From positions 2,267-66,266 of the forward strand of contig JBBQAQ010000001.1 in NCBI GenBank assembly GCA_038316435.1: DNA of 64,000 bases. The letters run 5' to 3'. How positions within the stretch are numbered: the first letter of the stretch is position 1; every line of letters starts with the position of its first letter. Under the pieces are notes generated by a model. It was not told where the DNA came from and made no database searches. It saw nothing but the letters and a program-made list of their open reading frames with translations. Shown in pieces: positions 18,603-28,906 of the stretch. The DNA comes from Bacteroidales bacterium. Lineage in GTDB: Bacteria; Bacteroidota; Bacteroidia; Bacteroidales; GCA-2748055. Made by a program: the position numbers and the translations under genes.

Positions 18603-19589
18603 TTACTTTAGAATTTCTTCTATTGCAGCAAGCTCTTCTTTAGAAAATGCGATATTTTGCAGGCATGCAAGGTTATCGTTCAATTGCTGAACACTACTGG
18701 CGCCAATTAAAACTGAAGTAATTCTTTCGTCTCTCAGCAACCATGCAAGAGCCATTTGCGCTAGCTTTTGACCCCGCTTTGATGCCAGATGATTCAGTTT
18801 CTTAATTTGTGTTAAATACTCAGGAGTAATTTGATCCTTCTTCAAAAACCCTTCTTTACTCGCCCTTGACCCATCAGGAATGCCATTTAGATAGCGATCA
18901 GTCAGCATTCCTTGTGCTAATGGAGAGAATGCAATACACCCAATTCCTTCATGCTCCAAAATATCCAGTAATCCGCCTTCAACCCAACGTTCGAACATTG
19001 AATATTTAGGCTGATGAATAAGGCATGGGGTTCCTAGTGACTTTAAAATAGCACTTGCTTCAGCGGTTTGTTTTGCGCTATAATTAGATATCCCAGCATA
19101 TAGAGCTTTTCCCTGACGAACTACCTGATCAAGAGCCATCATTGTTTCTTCTAAAGGTGTATTCGGATCAGGGCGATGCGAATAGAAAATATCCACATAC
19201 TCCAAATGCATCCTTTTCAGACTCTGATCGAGACTCGATATGAGATATTTCTTTGATCCCCATTCACCATAAGGCCCGGACCACATATAATAACCCGCTT
19301 TTGTAGAAATAATCATTTGGTCGCGATAAGGCCTGAAGTCTAAATCAAGGGTCTTACCAAAATTCTCTTCTGCTGAGCCTGCTGGCGGACCATAATTATT
19401 TGCTAAGTCAAAGTGTGTTATCCCTGAATCAAAGGCTCTTCGTATAATAGCTCTTCCATTTTCGAAATTATCTACTCCACCGAAATTGTGCCAGAGTCCA
19501 AGTGAAATTGCAGGTAGCAATATCCCACTTTTCCCGGATCTACGATATAACATTGTACTATATCGATCTGTAGAGGCTATGTAATTCAT
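18603..19589 (-). CDS. Aldo/keto reductase (YghZ/L-glyceraldehyde-3-phosphate-reductase-like)
   Basis: MNYIASTDRYSTMLYRRSGKSGILLPAISLGLWHNFG aligns with the YghZ N-terminus. I chose the internal ATG at 19589 over the track start at 19664. Confidence 0.85.
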   Translation of the reverse strand: MNYIASTDRYSTMLYRRSGKSGILLPAISLGLWHNFGGVDNFENGRAIIRRAFDSGITHFDLANNYGPPAGSAEENFGKTLDLDFRPYRDQMIISTKAGYYMWSGPYGEWGSKKYLISSLDQSLKRMHLEYVDIFYSHRPDPNTPLEETMMALDQVVRQGKALYAGISNYSAKQTAEASAILKSLGTPCLIHQPKYSMFERWVEGGLLDILEHEGIGCIAFSPLAQGMLTDRYLNGIPDGSRASKEGFLKKDQITPEYLTQIKKLNHLASKRGQKLAQMALAWLLRDERITSVLIGASSVQQLNDNLACLQNIAFSKEELAAIEEILK

Positions 19590-19745
19590 AATGTTATTTT
19601 TAAGTAACAATGATAACAATAAGAATCGTTTTCCCCAAGTATTTATGAAATTCAATTCAATCAAAACCCCTTAATAATACATTGGAACTCATTTTTTTTT
19701 CATATTTTTAAAATCGAATAAGCAAATTAATAAAATAGAATTATT

Positions 19746-20900
19746 ATGAAATATCAGAGAAAACTCAGAATGGGAATGATAGGAGGAGGTATTGGTTCTT
19801 TTATAGGAGCAGTGCACCGCAAAGCTGCCATAATGGACGGCGAAATAGAACTTGTTTGTGGCGTTTTTGATGTTAATCCAGAAACATCAAAGGAATCTGG
19901 TCTTCAATATTTTCTAGATCCCTCACGTCTTTACTCATCCTATGCTGAAATGATAAGCAGAGAAAAGGATTTGCCCGAAGATGTGCGTATGGATTTTGTA
20001 GTTATTGTTACCCCAAACCATGTTCATTTTGAACCGGCGAAGCTTGCCCTTGAAAATGGGTTTCACGTTGTCTGCGAAAAACCAGTTACAATGACTTCCG
20101 ATGAGGCTATAGAATTGTCTGATCTTGTTTATAAAACCGGATTACAGTTTGCTATTACTCACCCTTATACTTCTTACCCAATGGTGAAAGAAGCCCGGGA
20201 TTTTGTGCAATCTGGCAAAATTGGTACCATTCGAAAAGTAATTGTTGAATACTCTCAGGGATGGCTTTCGACTTTTCTCGAAAGCACCGGAAATCAGCAA
20301 GCTGGATGGCGAACTGATCCAAAAAGAGCAGGCAAAGCAGGTAGCATCGGTGATATAGGTACTCATGCATTTAACCTTGCCGAATTTGTTACCGGCCTGC
20401 AGGTCGAGTCGCTTTGTGCTGATTTGTCAACATTTGTAGAAGGTCGACTTCTCGATGATGATGCTAACATTTTAATGCGTTATGATAATGGCGCTAAAGG
20501 GATTCTCGTTGCAAGTCAGATTTCAGCCGGAGAAGAGAACCGAATTAACATCAGGGTGTACGGGGAATTGGGAAGTATCGATTGGTCGCAGATGGAGCCA
20601 AACTCATTGATAATCCGTTGGATCGATAAACCCATGCAGATACTCAGAGCCGGAGACACTGGTAACCTTGGCAAGAATGCAATATTTAACACCAGGCTCC
20701 CAATGGGCCATCCGGAAGGACTTATCGAAGCATTTGCCAATATTTACAGGAATTTCGCACTTACAATACGCTACCCTCAAATGGCATCAGGTCTCGAATT
20801 CCCAACAATTGCAGATGGAGTGAGAACTATGCAGTTTATTGACGCTGTAGTAAAATCAAATACATCCTCAGAAAAATGGGTGGATTTTGAAGAAGATTAA
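19746..20900 (+). CDS. Gfo/Idh/MocA-family oxidoreductase
   Basis: MGMIGGGIGSFIGAVH Rossmann motif and VCEKPVT. Confidence 0.85.
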   Translation: MKYQRKLRMGMIGGGIGSFIGAVHRKAAIMDGEIELVCGVFDVNPETSKESGLQYFLDPSRLYSSYAEMISREKDLPEDVRMDFVVIVTPNHVHFEPAKLALENGFHVVCEKPVTMTSDEAIELSDLVYKTGLQFAITHPYTSYPMVKEARDFVQSGKIGTIRKVIVEYSQGWLSTFLESTGNQQAGWRTDPKRAGKAGSIGDIGTHAFNLAEFVTGLQVESLCADLSTFVEGRLLDDDANILMRYDNGAKGILVASQISAGEENRINIRVYGELGSIDWSQMEPNSLIIRWIDKPMQILRAGDTGNLGKNAIFNTRLPMGHPEGLIEAFANIYRNFALTIRYPQMASGLEFPTIADGVRTMQFIDAVVKSNTSSEKWVDFEED

Positions 20901-20933
20901 GATATTTAAAACTTCCTTAAAAAAAATCTTAAT

Positions 20934-20990
20934 AGCCTGATATACTGAAAGTCTGAAATACATCAGATTTAGTACTTCAGGCTTTTCTTG
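20934..20990 (+). terminator. Weak candidate intrinsic terminator
   Basis: AGCCTGA (20934-20940) pairs with TCAGGCT (20977-20983), with an inner TCTGA/TCAGA stem, followed by TTTCTTGCATTTTCTT. The loop is long, so confidence is low. Confidence 0.3.
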
Positions 20991-21205
20991 CATTTTCTTA
21001 AAGAGTTTATCCATTGAAAAAGTTCAGGATAAGAACCAAATTCCATATCAGTCATTTTATTTTGGCAAATTCATCTCAATTATGTTGAAAAACAATAAAT
21101 CTTTTGTATTTATTTGACTTATATCATGATTCTGATGTTTTCATTACGCTTACTTTGTTACGCATACCTCGAAATCAATCAATTAATAAATTTATAAATC
21201 ACAAA

Positions 21206-21607
21206 ATGAAGCCTAGTCATATTGAACACATTGGAATTGCAGTTGCTAATCTTGATGAAGCAATTGAGTATTATAAAAATGTCCTGGGACTTGAATGCTA
21301 TGCCGTTGAAGAAGTTAAAGATCAGAAAGTGAAGACAGCTTTTTTCAAAATCGGAGATACAAAAATTGAATTACTTGAATCAACTGACCCGGAAGGTCCA
21401 ATTGGAAAATTTATCGAGAAAAAAGGACCTGGAATCCATCATATCGCATTTGCTGTTTCTGATGTGGCTAAGGCATTGAGTGAAGCCGAAAGCAAAGGGG
21501 TTCAACTGATTGATAAACAGCCGAGAAAAGGAGCTGAAGGATTAAGTATCGGATTTCTTCATCCCAAATCTACACTTGGTGTTTTAACTGAATTTTGCGG
21601 AGAATAA
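21206..21607 (+). CDS. mce: Methylmalonyl-CoA epimerase (VOC/glyoxalase fold)
   Basis: [28 protein letters not shown]...GPGIHHIAF. The internal ATG at 21206 gives ~133 aa, and the upstream in-frame extension in the track looks non-coding. Confidence 0.85.
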   Translation: MKPSHIEHIGIAVANLDEAIEYYKNVLGLECYAVEEVKDQKVKTAFFKIGDTKIELLESTDPEGPIGKFIEKKGPGIHHIAFAVSDVAKALSEAESKGVQLIDKQPRKGAEGLSIGFLHPKSTLGVLTEFCGE

Positions 21608-21618
21608 AAATTTTACAT

Positions 21619-23178
21619 ATGTCACAACAGGATAAAATCCGACAGCTTATTGATCTCAGGATCAAAGCAAAACAGGGTGGAGGTTCCACCAGAGTTGAAG
21701 CCCAGCATTCTAAAGGAAAACATACTGCAAGAGAAAGAATCGATATATTACTTGACGAGGGTAGTTTCGAAGAATATGATATGTTCGTTACACACCGTAC
21801 TCATGATTTTGGACTTGAAAATGAGCAATATCTGGGAGATGGAGTTATAACTGGACATGGAACCATTGATGGCCGGATTGTTTTTGTTTATGCACAGGAC
21901 TTTACTGTTTTTGGTGGATCACTTTCAGAAACCCATGCTAAAAAGATCTGCAAAATTATGGATCAGGCTATGAAAGTGGGAGCACCTGTGATAGGTATTA
22001 ACGATAGTGGAGGAGCACGTATTCAGGAAGGAGTAAGGAGTTTGGCAGGGTATGCTGAAATTTTTGAACGCAATATTCTTGCGTCCGGGGTTATACCACA
22101 AATCTCAGCAATCTTTGGTCCTTGTGCAGGGGGAGCAGTTTATTCTCCCGCACTTACCGACCTTATTATTATGAGTGACCTTACATCCTATATGTTTGTT
22201 ACCGGCCCAAGGGTTACAAAAACGGTAACAGGTGAAGTAATTTCTATTGAAGAACTTGGTGGTGCAAAGGTACATGCCACAAAATCAGGAGTTTGCCATT
22301 TTGTAGCTCAGGACGAAGAGGAAGGTTTATTGTTGATCAGAAAGCTTATTTCATACTTTCCACAGAATAACCTTGAAGATCCTATTACCACTGAATGTAA
22401 TGATCCTATCGACAGGCTTGAAGATACTTTAAATGAAATTATCCCGGAAAACTCCAATGAGCCTTATGATGTTAAAGATGTAATTTTTGCTATTGTTGAT
22501 AATGGCGAATTTCTTGAGGTTCACAGAGATTATGCTAAAAATATAGTAGTAGGTTTTGCAAAATTCAATGGGTCACCTGTGGGAATCGTTGCCAATCAGC
22601 CTATTCACCTTGCCGGAGTTCTTGATATCAATTCATCGCGCAAAGCTGCGCGCTTTGTAAGGATGTGTGATAGTTTTAATATCCCTGTTGTTACTCTTGT
22701 TGATGTTCCGGGGTTTTTGCCTGGTAGTGCACAGGAATATGGGGGAATTATCATTCAGGGGGCTAAATTAATGTTTGCTTATGGTGAAGCTACAGTTCCG
22801 AAAGTTACTGTAACACTCAGAAAATCATATGGTGGAGCTCATGATGTAATGAGTTCCAAACAGCTTCGGGGGGATTTAAATTATGCCTGGCCAAGTGCAG
22901 AGATCGCTGTAATGGGGCCAAAAGGTGCCATTGAAATTCTGGAAGGAAAGAATATTGCCGGTTTTACCAGTGAAGAAGAAGCGAAAAAATATACGGAAAT
23001 GAAGGAGGATGAGTATAAAGAAAAATTTGCAACGCCTTATGAAGCAGCTAAATATGGCTATATAGACGATGTCATTGAACCACGAAATACCCGTTTCAGG
23101 GTTATTCGTGCCCTCCAGACACTTTCTACTAAAAAGGAAATGAATCCGCCTAAAAAACATCCAAATATACCTTTGTAA
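21619..23178 (+). CDS. mmdA: Methylmalonyl-CoA decarboxylase alpha subunit / acyl-CoA carboxyltransferase
   Basis: The carboxyltransferase family is recognisable from [31 protein letters not shown] and [12 protein letters not shown]. It is followed by oadG-like, BCCP and oadB-like genes. Confidence 0.9.
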   Translation: MSQQDKIRQLIDLRIKAKQGGGSTRVEAQHSKGKHTARERIDILLDEGSFEEYDMFVTHRTHDFGLENEQYLGDGVITGHGTIDGRIVFVYAQDFTVFGGSLSETHAKKICKIMDQAMKVGAPVIGINDSGGARIQEGVRSLAGYAEIFERNILASGVIPQISAIFGPCAGGAVYSPALTDLIIMSDLTSYMFVTGPRVTKTVTGEVISIEELGGAKVHATKSGVCHFVAQDEEEGLLLIRKLISYFPQNNLEDPITTECNDPIDRLEDTLNEIIPENSNEPYDVKDVIFAIVDNGEFLEVHRDYAKNIVVGFAKFNGSPVGIVANQPIHLAGVLDINSSRKAARFVRMCDSFNIPVVTLVDVPGFLPGSAQEYGGIIIQGAKLMFAYGEATVPKVTVTLRKSYGGAHDVMSSKQLRGDLNYAWPSAEIAVMGPKGAIEILEGKNIAGFTSEEEAKKYTEMKEDEYKEKFATPYEAAKYGYIDDVIEPRNTRFRVIRALQTLSTKKEMNPPKKHPNIPL

Positions 23179-23180
23179 AC

Positions 23181-23537
23181 ATGGGAACTATTCTGAGTTT
23201 TAGCGATATCAACTCATTTATTATAATGATTGCGATTCTGGGATACGTGATCGTATTCTTTTCCCTCCTTTTTTTGTATTTGTTTTTTTATTATCTCCCC
23301 AAACTGCTCTATTACAACTGGAAAAGAGAAAAGAAATCTTCCGGGAAAGAAATGCAAACAGTTGATGATTTAAATATCACAGGGGAAGAAACCGCTGCTA
23401 TAGCAATGGCTCTGCACCTTTTTCTGGAAGTGCATGACGAAGAAAGTGGGGTTTTAACTATCAATAAAGTTTCAAAACCCTATTCTCCATGGAGTTCAAA
23501 AATCTATGCTGTAAGAAATCAGTTTAACAGAATTTGA
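23181..23537 (+). CDS. OadG-family small membrane subunit of a Na+-translocating decarboxylase
   Basis: A single TM helix plus a GEETAAIAMALHLF motif typical of OadG/MmdD-type subunits, and its position between the carboxyltransferase and BCCP. Confidence 0.6.
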   Translation: MGTILSFSDINSFIIMIAILGYVIVFFSLLFLYLFFYYLPKLLYYNWKREKKSSGKEMQTVDDLNITGEETAAIAMALHLFLEVHDEESGVLTINKVSKPYSPWSSKIYAVRNQFNRI

Positions 23538-23551
23538 AAAAAGTTACTGAA

Positions 23552-23974
23552 ATGAAGAGTTACAAATTTACTATTAATGGCAATGCATATAGCGTTGATA
23601 TTCATGAAATTGAGAACAACACTGTTCACCTTGATGTGAATGGGACATCTTTCAATGTTGAGCTAGATCGGAAAATTAAAACAACGAAAACTCCTACAAT
23701 CGTCAGATCAAATTCAACGGATCCACTTAAACCAAAAATAGAAAAGTCTGAAGAAGGCACTGCCTTTGCTATTTCTTCTCCTTTACCGGGGCTAATAGTT
23801 GATGTTTTTGTTCGTCCGGGTGATATAATCCGACAGGGCCAAAAAATTCTTAGTATGGAGGCCATGAAAATGGTAAATCAGATTCTGTCTGAAAAAGATG
23901 GAGTAGTTGAAAGTGTAAAAGTCGCACCAGGCCAGCATGTACTTCAAGGGGATACTCTAATTGAAATTATCTGA
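23552..23974 (+). CDS. Biotin carboxyl carrier subunit (biotinyl domain)
   Basis: C-terminal LSMEAMKMVNQI (the biotinyl-Lys EAMKM motif). The track start at 23534 is a TTG, so I prefer the ATG at 23552. Confidence 0.85.
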   Translation: MKSYKFTINGNAYSVDIHEIENNTVHLDVNGTSFNVELDRKIKTTKTPTIVRSNSTDPLKPKIEKSEEGTAFAISSPLPGLIVDVFVRPGDIIRQGQKILSMEAMKMVNQILSEKDGVVESVKVAPGQHVLQGDTLIEII

Positions 23975-23978
23975 TCCC

Positions 23979-25355
23979 ATGAAAAAACTCTTAACTATTT
24001 TTGCAATAATTGCAATACTAACTGTACTTCGATCCCTTGTAATACCTGATCAAGCAGATCAGAATACAAAAGTTCTTCAAACCGAACTGAATCAACAACT
24101 CGTCAATGCTGATAATGGCACTGAAGTTCAGAATAAAACTGATAATCTGGTTCAGCAAACTAAACAAGGCCTTATAAAATTTTGGGCATATACCGGTTTC
24201 AGAAATGCTACCCCAGGTCATTTTGTGATGATTCTGGTTGCACTTCTTTTTATTTTTCTGGCAATCAAGTTTGATTATGAGCCTCTTCTGCTCGTGCCTA
24301 TCGGCGTTGGAATTATTCTTGGAAATATTCCTTTTTTTCAGGATGGGGGTGCAAACCTGCAAATCGGAATTTATCAACCAGGAAGTGTTTTGTATTACTT
24401 GTATTTTGGAGTTATTAAAGGGATTTATCCACCTTTAATATTTCTTGGAATCGGTGCCATGACTGATTTTTCATCCTTGATATCTAATCCAAAGCTTATT
24501 CTGCTTGGTGCAGCAGCCCAAGTGGGAATATTTATAACATTTATTGGAGCAATTGCATTAGGATTTCATGCTCGCGAAGCTGGTGCTATTGGTATTATAG
24601 GTGGAGCTGATGGCCCAACTGCAATTTATCTGGCATCAAAACTGGCAAATGGAGTGGATATCATCGGACAAACAATAAATGGAGATCCAATATTTGTGAA
24701 AAATCTGATAGGTCCGATTGCTATTGCTGCATACTCTTATATGGCTCTGGTACCGGTTATTCAACCTCCAATTATGTATTTGTTTACAACAAAAAAAGAG
24801 CGTTTAATACGAATGAAACCGCCAAGAGCTGTTTCGAAACTTGAAAAAATACTTTTCCCAATAATTGGACTGATTCTTACATGTTTCATTTCACCTGCTG
24901 CATTGCCACTTCTTGGAATGCTTTTTCTGGGAAACTTACTGAAAGAGTCAACTGTTACAAAACGATTAGCTGAAACTGCACGAAATCCCTTAATTGATAT
25001 TGTTACGATTATTATCGGCGTGACAGTTGGAGCATCCACGCAAGCCGATGTATTCCTTACAAACGATTCGTTGATTATTTTTGGATTAGGTGCGGTTTCC
25101 TTTATGTTTGCTACTGCAGGTGGAGTGGTGTTTGCCAAAGTAATGAACCTATTTACATCTAAAGACAATCAAATCAATCCATTAATCGGAGCTGCCGGTG
25201 TTTCAGCGGTTCCTGACAGTGCCAGAGTTGTGCAAAATGTTGGTTTAAAGGAAGATCCAACCAATCACCTCCTGATGCATGCAATGGCTCCTAATGTTGC
25301 AGGAGTTATCGGTTCAGCAGTTGCAGCAGGTATATTATTGAGTTTCCTTATTTAA
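23979..25355 (+). CDS. mmdB: Na+-translocating decarboxylase beta subunit (OadB/MmdB/GcdB family)
   Basis: A polytopic membrane protein with family-typical segments (GAMTDF, IIGGADGPTAIY, GAAGVSAVP, MAPNVAGVIGSAVAAG). I prefer the ATG at 23979 to the TTG at 23961. Confidence 0.9.
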   Translation: MKKLLTIFAIIAILTVLRSLVIPDQADQNTKVLQTELNQQLVNADNGTEVQNKTDNLVQQTKQGLIKFWAYTGFRNATPGHFVMILVALLFIFLAIKFDYEPLLLVPIGVGIILGNIPFFQDGGANLQIGIYQPGSVLYYLYFGVIKGIYPPLIFLGIGAMTDFSSLISNPKLILLGAAAQVGIFITFIGAIALGFHAREAGAIGIIGGADGPTAIYLASKLANGVDIIGQTINGDPIFVKNLIGPIAIAAYSYMALVPVIQPPIMYLFTTKKERLIRMKPPRAVSKLEKILFPIIGLILTCFISPAALPLLGMLFLGNLLKESTVTKRLAETARNPLIDIVTIIIGVTVGASTQADVFLTNDSLIIFGLGAVSFMFATAGGVVFAKVMNLFTSKDNQINPLIGAAGVSAVPDSARVVQNVGLKEDPTNHLLMHAMAPNVAGVIGSAVAAGILLSFLI

Positions 25356-25391
25356 TGTTTTAAAGCAAGCATCCCATTTGTAGGAATAAAG

Positions 25392-25399
25392 TAAATTTG
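25392..25399 (+). promoter_or_regulatory. Candidate -7 promoter box (TAnnTTTG) in the mmdB-citDE gap
   Basis: TAAATTTG lies 16 nt upstream of the ATG at 25415. It suggests citrate lyase may have its own promoter. Confidence 0.3.
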
Positions 25400-25414
25400 T
25401 GAAAAAAGAAATTA

Positions 25415-26632
25415 ATGGGAAAAATTGCCAATGCAGGTAATAAAGGGGATAAGGTACGTTCGGATTGCTTTATGGAGCTCGAATTAACTGACTCCGGAGG
25501 AATTCAGATTGAATTAAAAAGTAAGGTTACTGCTCTGTTTGGGGCCGATATCAGGAAAAATGCACAGGAAATGTTGCGTTTTTTTGGTATTGCTAATGCC
25601 CGGTTATCAATCGAAGACTCTGGTGCTTTGCCTTATGTATTGGCTGCTCGTCTGGAAGCCATTATAAATCAACTTATTAAAACCAACAAACCCTTTTTAC
25701 TCCCTTTAATAGAAGAAAACAACTATCATAGTTCAAAAGAGAAATTCAGGTTTTCCCGTTTGTACCTACCAGGAAATTCACCAGCAATGATGATTAATGC
25801 CGGGATTCATAAGCCTAATGGTATTATCCTTGATCTTGAGGATTCAGTTGCTTTTGAGAAAAAGCCTGAGGCCCGATTTCTTGTGAGAAATGCACTTCTT
25901 CAGGTCAACTTCTTCGGTGCTGAAAGAATGGTAAGGATTAATCAAATGCCAGCAGGGTTAGATGACCTTGAATACATCATTCCCTATAATACTCATCTTA
26001 TCCTCTTGCCAAAATGTGAAAGTGCTGATCAAATAATTACACTTGAAAATGAAATTAATCGAATTCAAACTGCTTGTGGTCAAAACAATACGATTTTTAT
26101 TATGCCAATAATTGAAAGTGCACTGGGAGTTGAAAAAGCTTTTGAAATTGCATGTGCATCTGAAAATATTGTTGCATTGGCAATTGGTCTTGAGGATTAT
26201 ACTGCGGATCTCGGAGTACAGCGCACAATAGGAGGAACAGAATCGTTATATGCCAGGACTCGTCTTGTAAATGCATGCAAAGCAGCTGGAATACAAGCAA
26301 TTGACTCAGTATTTTCTGATGTGGGTGATATGGAAGCTCTGTTTACAAACGTGAAAAATTCGAAAAGTCTTGGTTTTGAGGGAATGGGATGTATTCATCC
26401 GAGGCAGATCGAGATAATTCATAAAGGCTTTGCCCCTGATAATGAGGAAATTGAAAAGTCAAAAAAGATAGTCAATGCGTTCGATACGGCAAAAGAAAAA
26501 GGCTTAGGCGTTGTTTCTGTAGGTACTAAAATGATCGATGCTCCCGTAGTAAAGAGAGCTCAGAAAACTATTGACCTGGCAATAAAATTAGGAATGCTTT
26601 CAAAGAATTGGAGGAACGGGTATGTCGCATAA
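25415..26632 (+). CDS. Citrate lyase acyl-carrier (CitD, gamma) fused to citryl-CoA lyase (CitE, beta)
   Basis: The first ~95 aa align with CitD (AGNKGDKVRSD.. versus AGTLESGD; EDSGALPYVLAARLEAI versus DDKGALDCILRARLEAL). The remainder is CitE-like (RLYLPGNSPAMM, ILDLEDSV). Confidence 0.8.
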   Translation: MGKIANAGNKGDKVRSDCFMELELTDSGGIQIELKSKVTALFGADIRKNAQEMLRFFGIANARLSIEDSGALPYVLAARLEAIINQLIKTNKPFLLPLIEENNYHSSKEKFRFSRLYLPGNSPAMMINAGIHKPNGIILDLEDSVAFEKKPEARFLVRNALLQVNFFGAERMVRINQMPAGLDDLEYIIPYNTHLILLPKCESADQIITLENEINRIQTACGQNNTIFIMPIIESALGVEKAFEIACASENIVALAIGLEDYTADLGVQRTIGGTESLYARTRLVNACKAAGIQAIDSVFSDVGDMEALFTNVKNSKSLGFEGMGCIHPRQIEIIHKGFAPDNEEIEKSKKIVNAFDTAKEKGLGVVSVGTKMIDAPVVKRAQKTIDLAIKLGMLSKNWRNGYVA

Positions 26633-28184
26633 TAAAATGATTCTTAATGCCGCAGGTCGACTGGTTCCGGAAGAGATAAATGGGGAAAAACAAATTCCAT
26701 TTATGGGAGTGGGCAAATATACTCCCACTGGAAGAAAAGCATCCGGTATAATTAAAAGTAATACTCAGTTTCCAGAGGATGGTAATAAATTGGTAAACAG
26801 TCTAAAAGAAGCTTTACTTAAAGCGGGACTTAAAGATGGAATGACCATTTCCACCCATCATCATTTTCGCAATGGCGACCTGCTTGCAAACATGATATTT
26901 GATATTGCTCACGAACTGGGAGTTAAAAACTTAAGATGGTTTCCATCTGCATCCTTTTCATGCCACGCACATCTGATCCCTTATCTTGAAGACGGCACGA
27001 TCCATTCTATCGAAGGTAGTATGAACGGACCCTTGGGTAAATTTGTAACTGAAGGGAGAATGGCAGGAACAGCAATTCTACGTTCACATGGTGGCCGGTA
27101 TCAGGCAATTCAGGATGGGGAAGTTAAAATAGATATTGCGGTAATCGGTGCTCCAACTGCTGATGTATTTGGTAATGCCAATGGTTTATTTGGGCCATCA
27201 GCCTGCGGATTACTTGGGTTTGCACTTGGCGACTCGGAATATGCTGATAAAGTGATAGTTGTTACCGATAATCTGGTTCCGTTTCCATGTATCCCATGGC
27301 AAATTCAGGGAAATAATATTGATTTTACAGTTGTAATAGATAAACTCGGAGACCCGGAAAAGATTGTATCCGGCACAACTCAGATTACAAAGAGTCCCGA
27401 TCGACTTCTGCTCGCAGAACTAACTGCAAAATTCTGTGATGCCGCAGGGATAATTAAGGATGGCTTTTCATTTCAGGCAGGTGCCGGTGGAACATCCCTC
27501 TCAGTTGCTGAATATTTCAGAGCAATTATGAAGGAAAAAGGGATAAAGGCTCGTTTTGCCAGAGGGGGTAGTAACAAATATCTGGTTGAAATGCTTAAAG
27601 AGGGTTTAGTTGATTATATTCTTGATGGTCAGACATTTGACCTAGATGGTGTGCGATCAATGGCTGAAAACCCTAATCATACATGGACAACACCTTTTAC
27701 AAGCTATAATTATCATTCCAAAGGCAATTTTGCTGAGTTTGTTGATGTAGTAATTCTAGGAGCTACAGAAGTGGACATTAATTTTAATGCAAATGTTGTA
27801 ACACACTCTGATGGCTATCTCCTGCACGGAATTGGAGGGTGGCAGAATTGTTTGTTTTCCAAAACTGTAATAATACCGGTTCCTTTATTTCGTGACAGAA
27901 TACCAGTGGTTCGTGATCAGGTTACAACGCTTTGTGGACCTGGTGAATTGATTGATGTTATTGTAACGGAGAGGGGTATTGCAATTAATCCCCTGAGAAA
28001 AGATCTAATAGAGAAAACAAAAGATTCAGGACTTCCTTTCAAATCAATTCAGGAGCTTAAAACTGAAGCGGAAAAGATTTGTGGAAAGCCTGATTTGCCT
28101 GTTTTAGAGGATAAAATAATTGCCGGAATCAAATGGGTTGATGGAACTCTTATTGATATAGTAAGGCAGGTTAAAACTTCTTAA
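26622..28184 (+). CDS. citF: Citrate lyase alpha subunit (citrate CoA-transferase)
   Basis: 520 aa, with a CitF-like N-terminus (..GR.VPEEINGEKQIPFMGVGKY) and family length. It overlaps citDE by 11 nt. Confidence 0.85.
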   Translation: MSHNKMILNAAGRLVPEEINGEKQIPFMGVGKYTPTGRKASGIIKSNTQFPEDGNKLVNSLKEALLKAGLKDGMTISTHHHFRNGDLLANMIFDIAHELGVKNLRWFPSASFSCHAHLIPYLEDGTIHSIEGSMNGPLGKFVTEGRMAGTAILRSHGGRYQAIQDGEVKIDIAVIGAPTADVFGNANGLFGPSACGLLGFALGDSEYADKVIVVTDNLVPFPCIPWQIQGNNIDFTVVIDKLGDPEKIVSGTTQITKSPDRLLLAELTAKFCDAAGIIKDGFSFQAGAGGTSLSVAEYFRAIMKEKGIKARFARGGSNKYLVEMLKEGLVDYILDGQTFDLDGVRSMAENPNHTWTTPFTSYNYHSKGNFAEFVDVVILGATEVDINFNANVVTHSDGYLLHGIGGWQNCLFSKTVIIPVPLFRDRIPVVRDQVTTLCGPGELIDVIVTERGIAINPLRKDLIEKTKDSGLPFKSIQELKTEAEKICGKPDLPVLEDKIIAGIKWVDGTLIDIVRQVKTS

Positions 28185-28187
28185 CTC

Positions 28188-28227
28188 AAAAAAAAAGCTG
28201 AATATTTATTTATTCAGCTCTTTTTTT
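28188..28227. terminator. Bidirectional intrinsic terminator between convergent citF and the DUF4956 gene
   Basis: A 9-bp perfect stem, AGCTGAATA (28196-28204) / TATTCAGCT (28211-28219), with a 6-nt loop. It is flanked by an A-run upstream and a T-run downstream. Confidence 0.65.
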
Positions 28228-28228
28228 A

Positions 28229-28906
28229 TCAGGATTGATATCCGCCTTCTTCAAGATTCTTTCCGTGTTCCTTAATATTGAAAAAGATTCTGATGCGGGC
28301 TGAATCTCTTAAGAAATCTATCTTACCAATTTCTACACGAGTAATATCAAGACCAGTACGTTCTTTCAGATCAGCAATCAGATCAGCTTCTCTATCAGGT
28401 TTTATAAGGTCAATTTTTTCATATTCAACCATCTTTTTTCCTTCTTTGTTAACCAGCCAGATTTTTTCCATTATCCATACAAGGAAAATGATGATAAGAT
28501 TTGTAAAGAATAACTCAGCGTAGGATATCTTTTTATTTGCCAGAGCATTTATTACAGAAACTCCGATTACAATGAACAGGAAAGTCATATCTTTTATAGA
28601 TATCGAATCAGTTCTGTAACGAATTATTCCAAATATAGCGAACAGCCCTAATGCAAAACCAATTTGGAGTTTTACACTATTAAGCAGGAAACACAAAAGA
28701 AAAATTACTGCGCTGATCATAATATAAGAAAACAGATAATCCTTTTGCTTGGAAGTTGAATAATACAAATACCTCACAATTACTACAATAACTGCTAGAT
28801 TCAGGAAAAAGCGCAATAATAATTCCCCGAAATCAGGCGTATTAATTAGTTCGATGCCAAATATCTGAGATGAAGTGGCAAGTAGTGTTAGAATGTTAAC
28901 CATCAT
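28229..28906 (-). CDS. DUF4956-like polytopic membrane protein
   Basis: About 5 TM helices followed by a soluble charged C-terminal domain. The IFGIIRYRT segment is as I recall for DUF4956. Its start overlaps the upstream VTC gene by 11 nt. Confidence 0.55.
   Translation of the reverse strand: MMVNILTLLATSSQIFGIELINTPDFGELLLRFFLNLAVIVVIVRYLYYSTSKQKDYLFSYIMISAVIFLLCFLLNSVKLQIGFALGLFAIFGIIRYRTDSISIKDMTFLFIVIGVSVINALANKKISYAELFFTNLIIIFLVWIMEKIWLVNKEGKKMVEYEKIDLIKPDREADLIADLKERTGLDITRVEIGKIDFLRDSARIRIFFNIKEHGKNLEEGGYQS

Noticed and set aside
20901-21205. A possible riboswitch or leader (for example B12 or Na+-related) in the 305-nt region upstream of the mce-mmd operon.
   Set aside because: I could not find conserved riboswitch cores such as a B12 box, or convincing nested helices. 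The only structure is a weak long-loop hairpin that fits better as a terminator of the upstream gene. It needs an Rfam scan.
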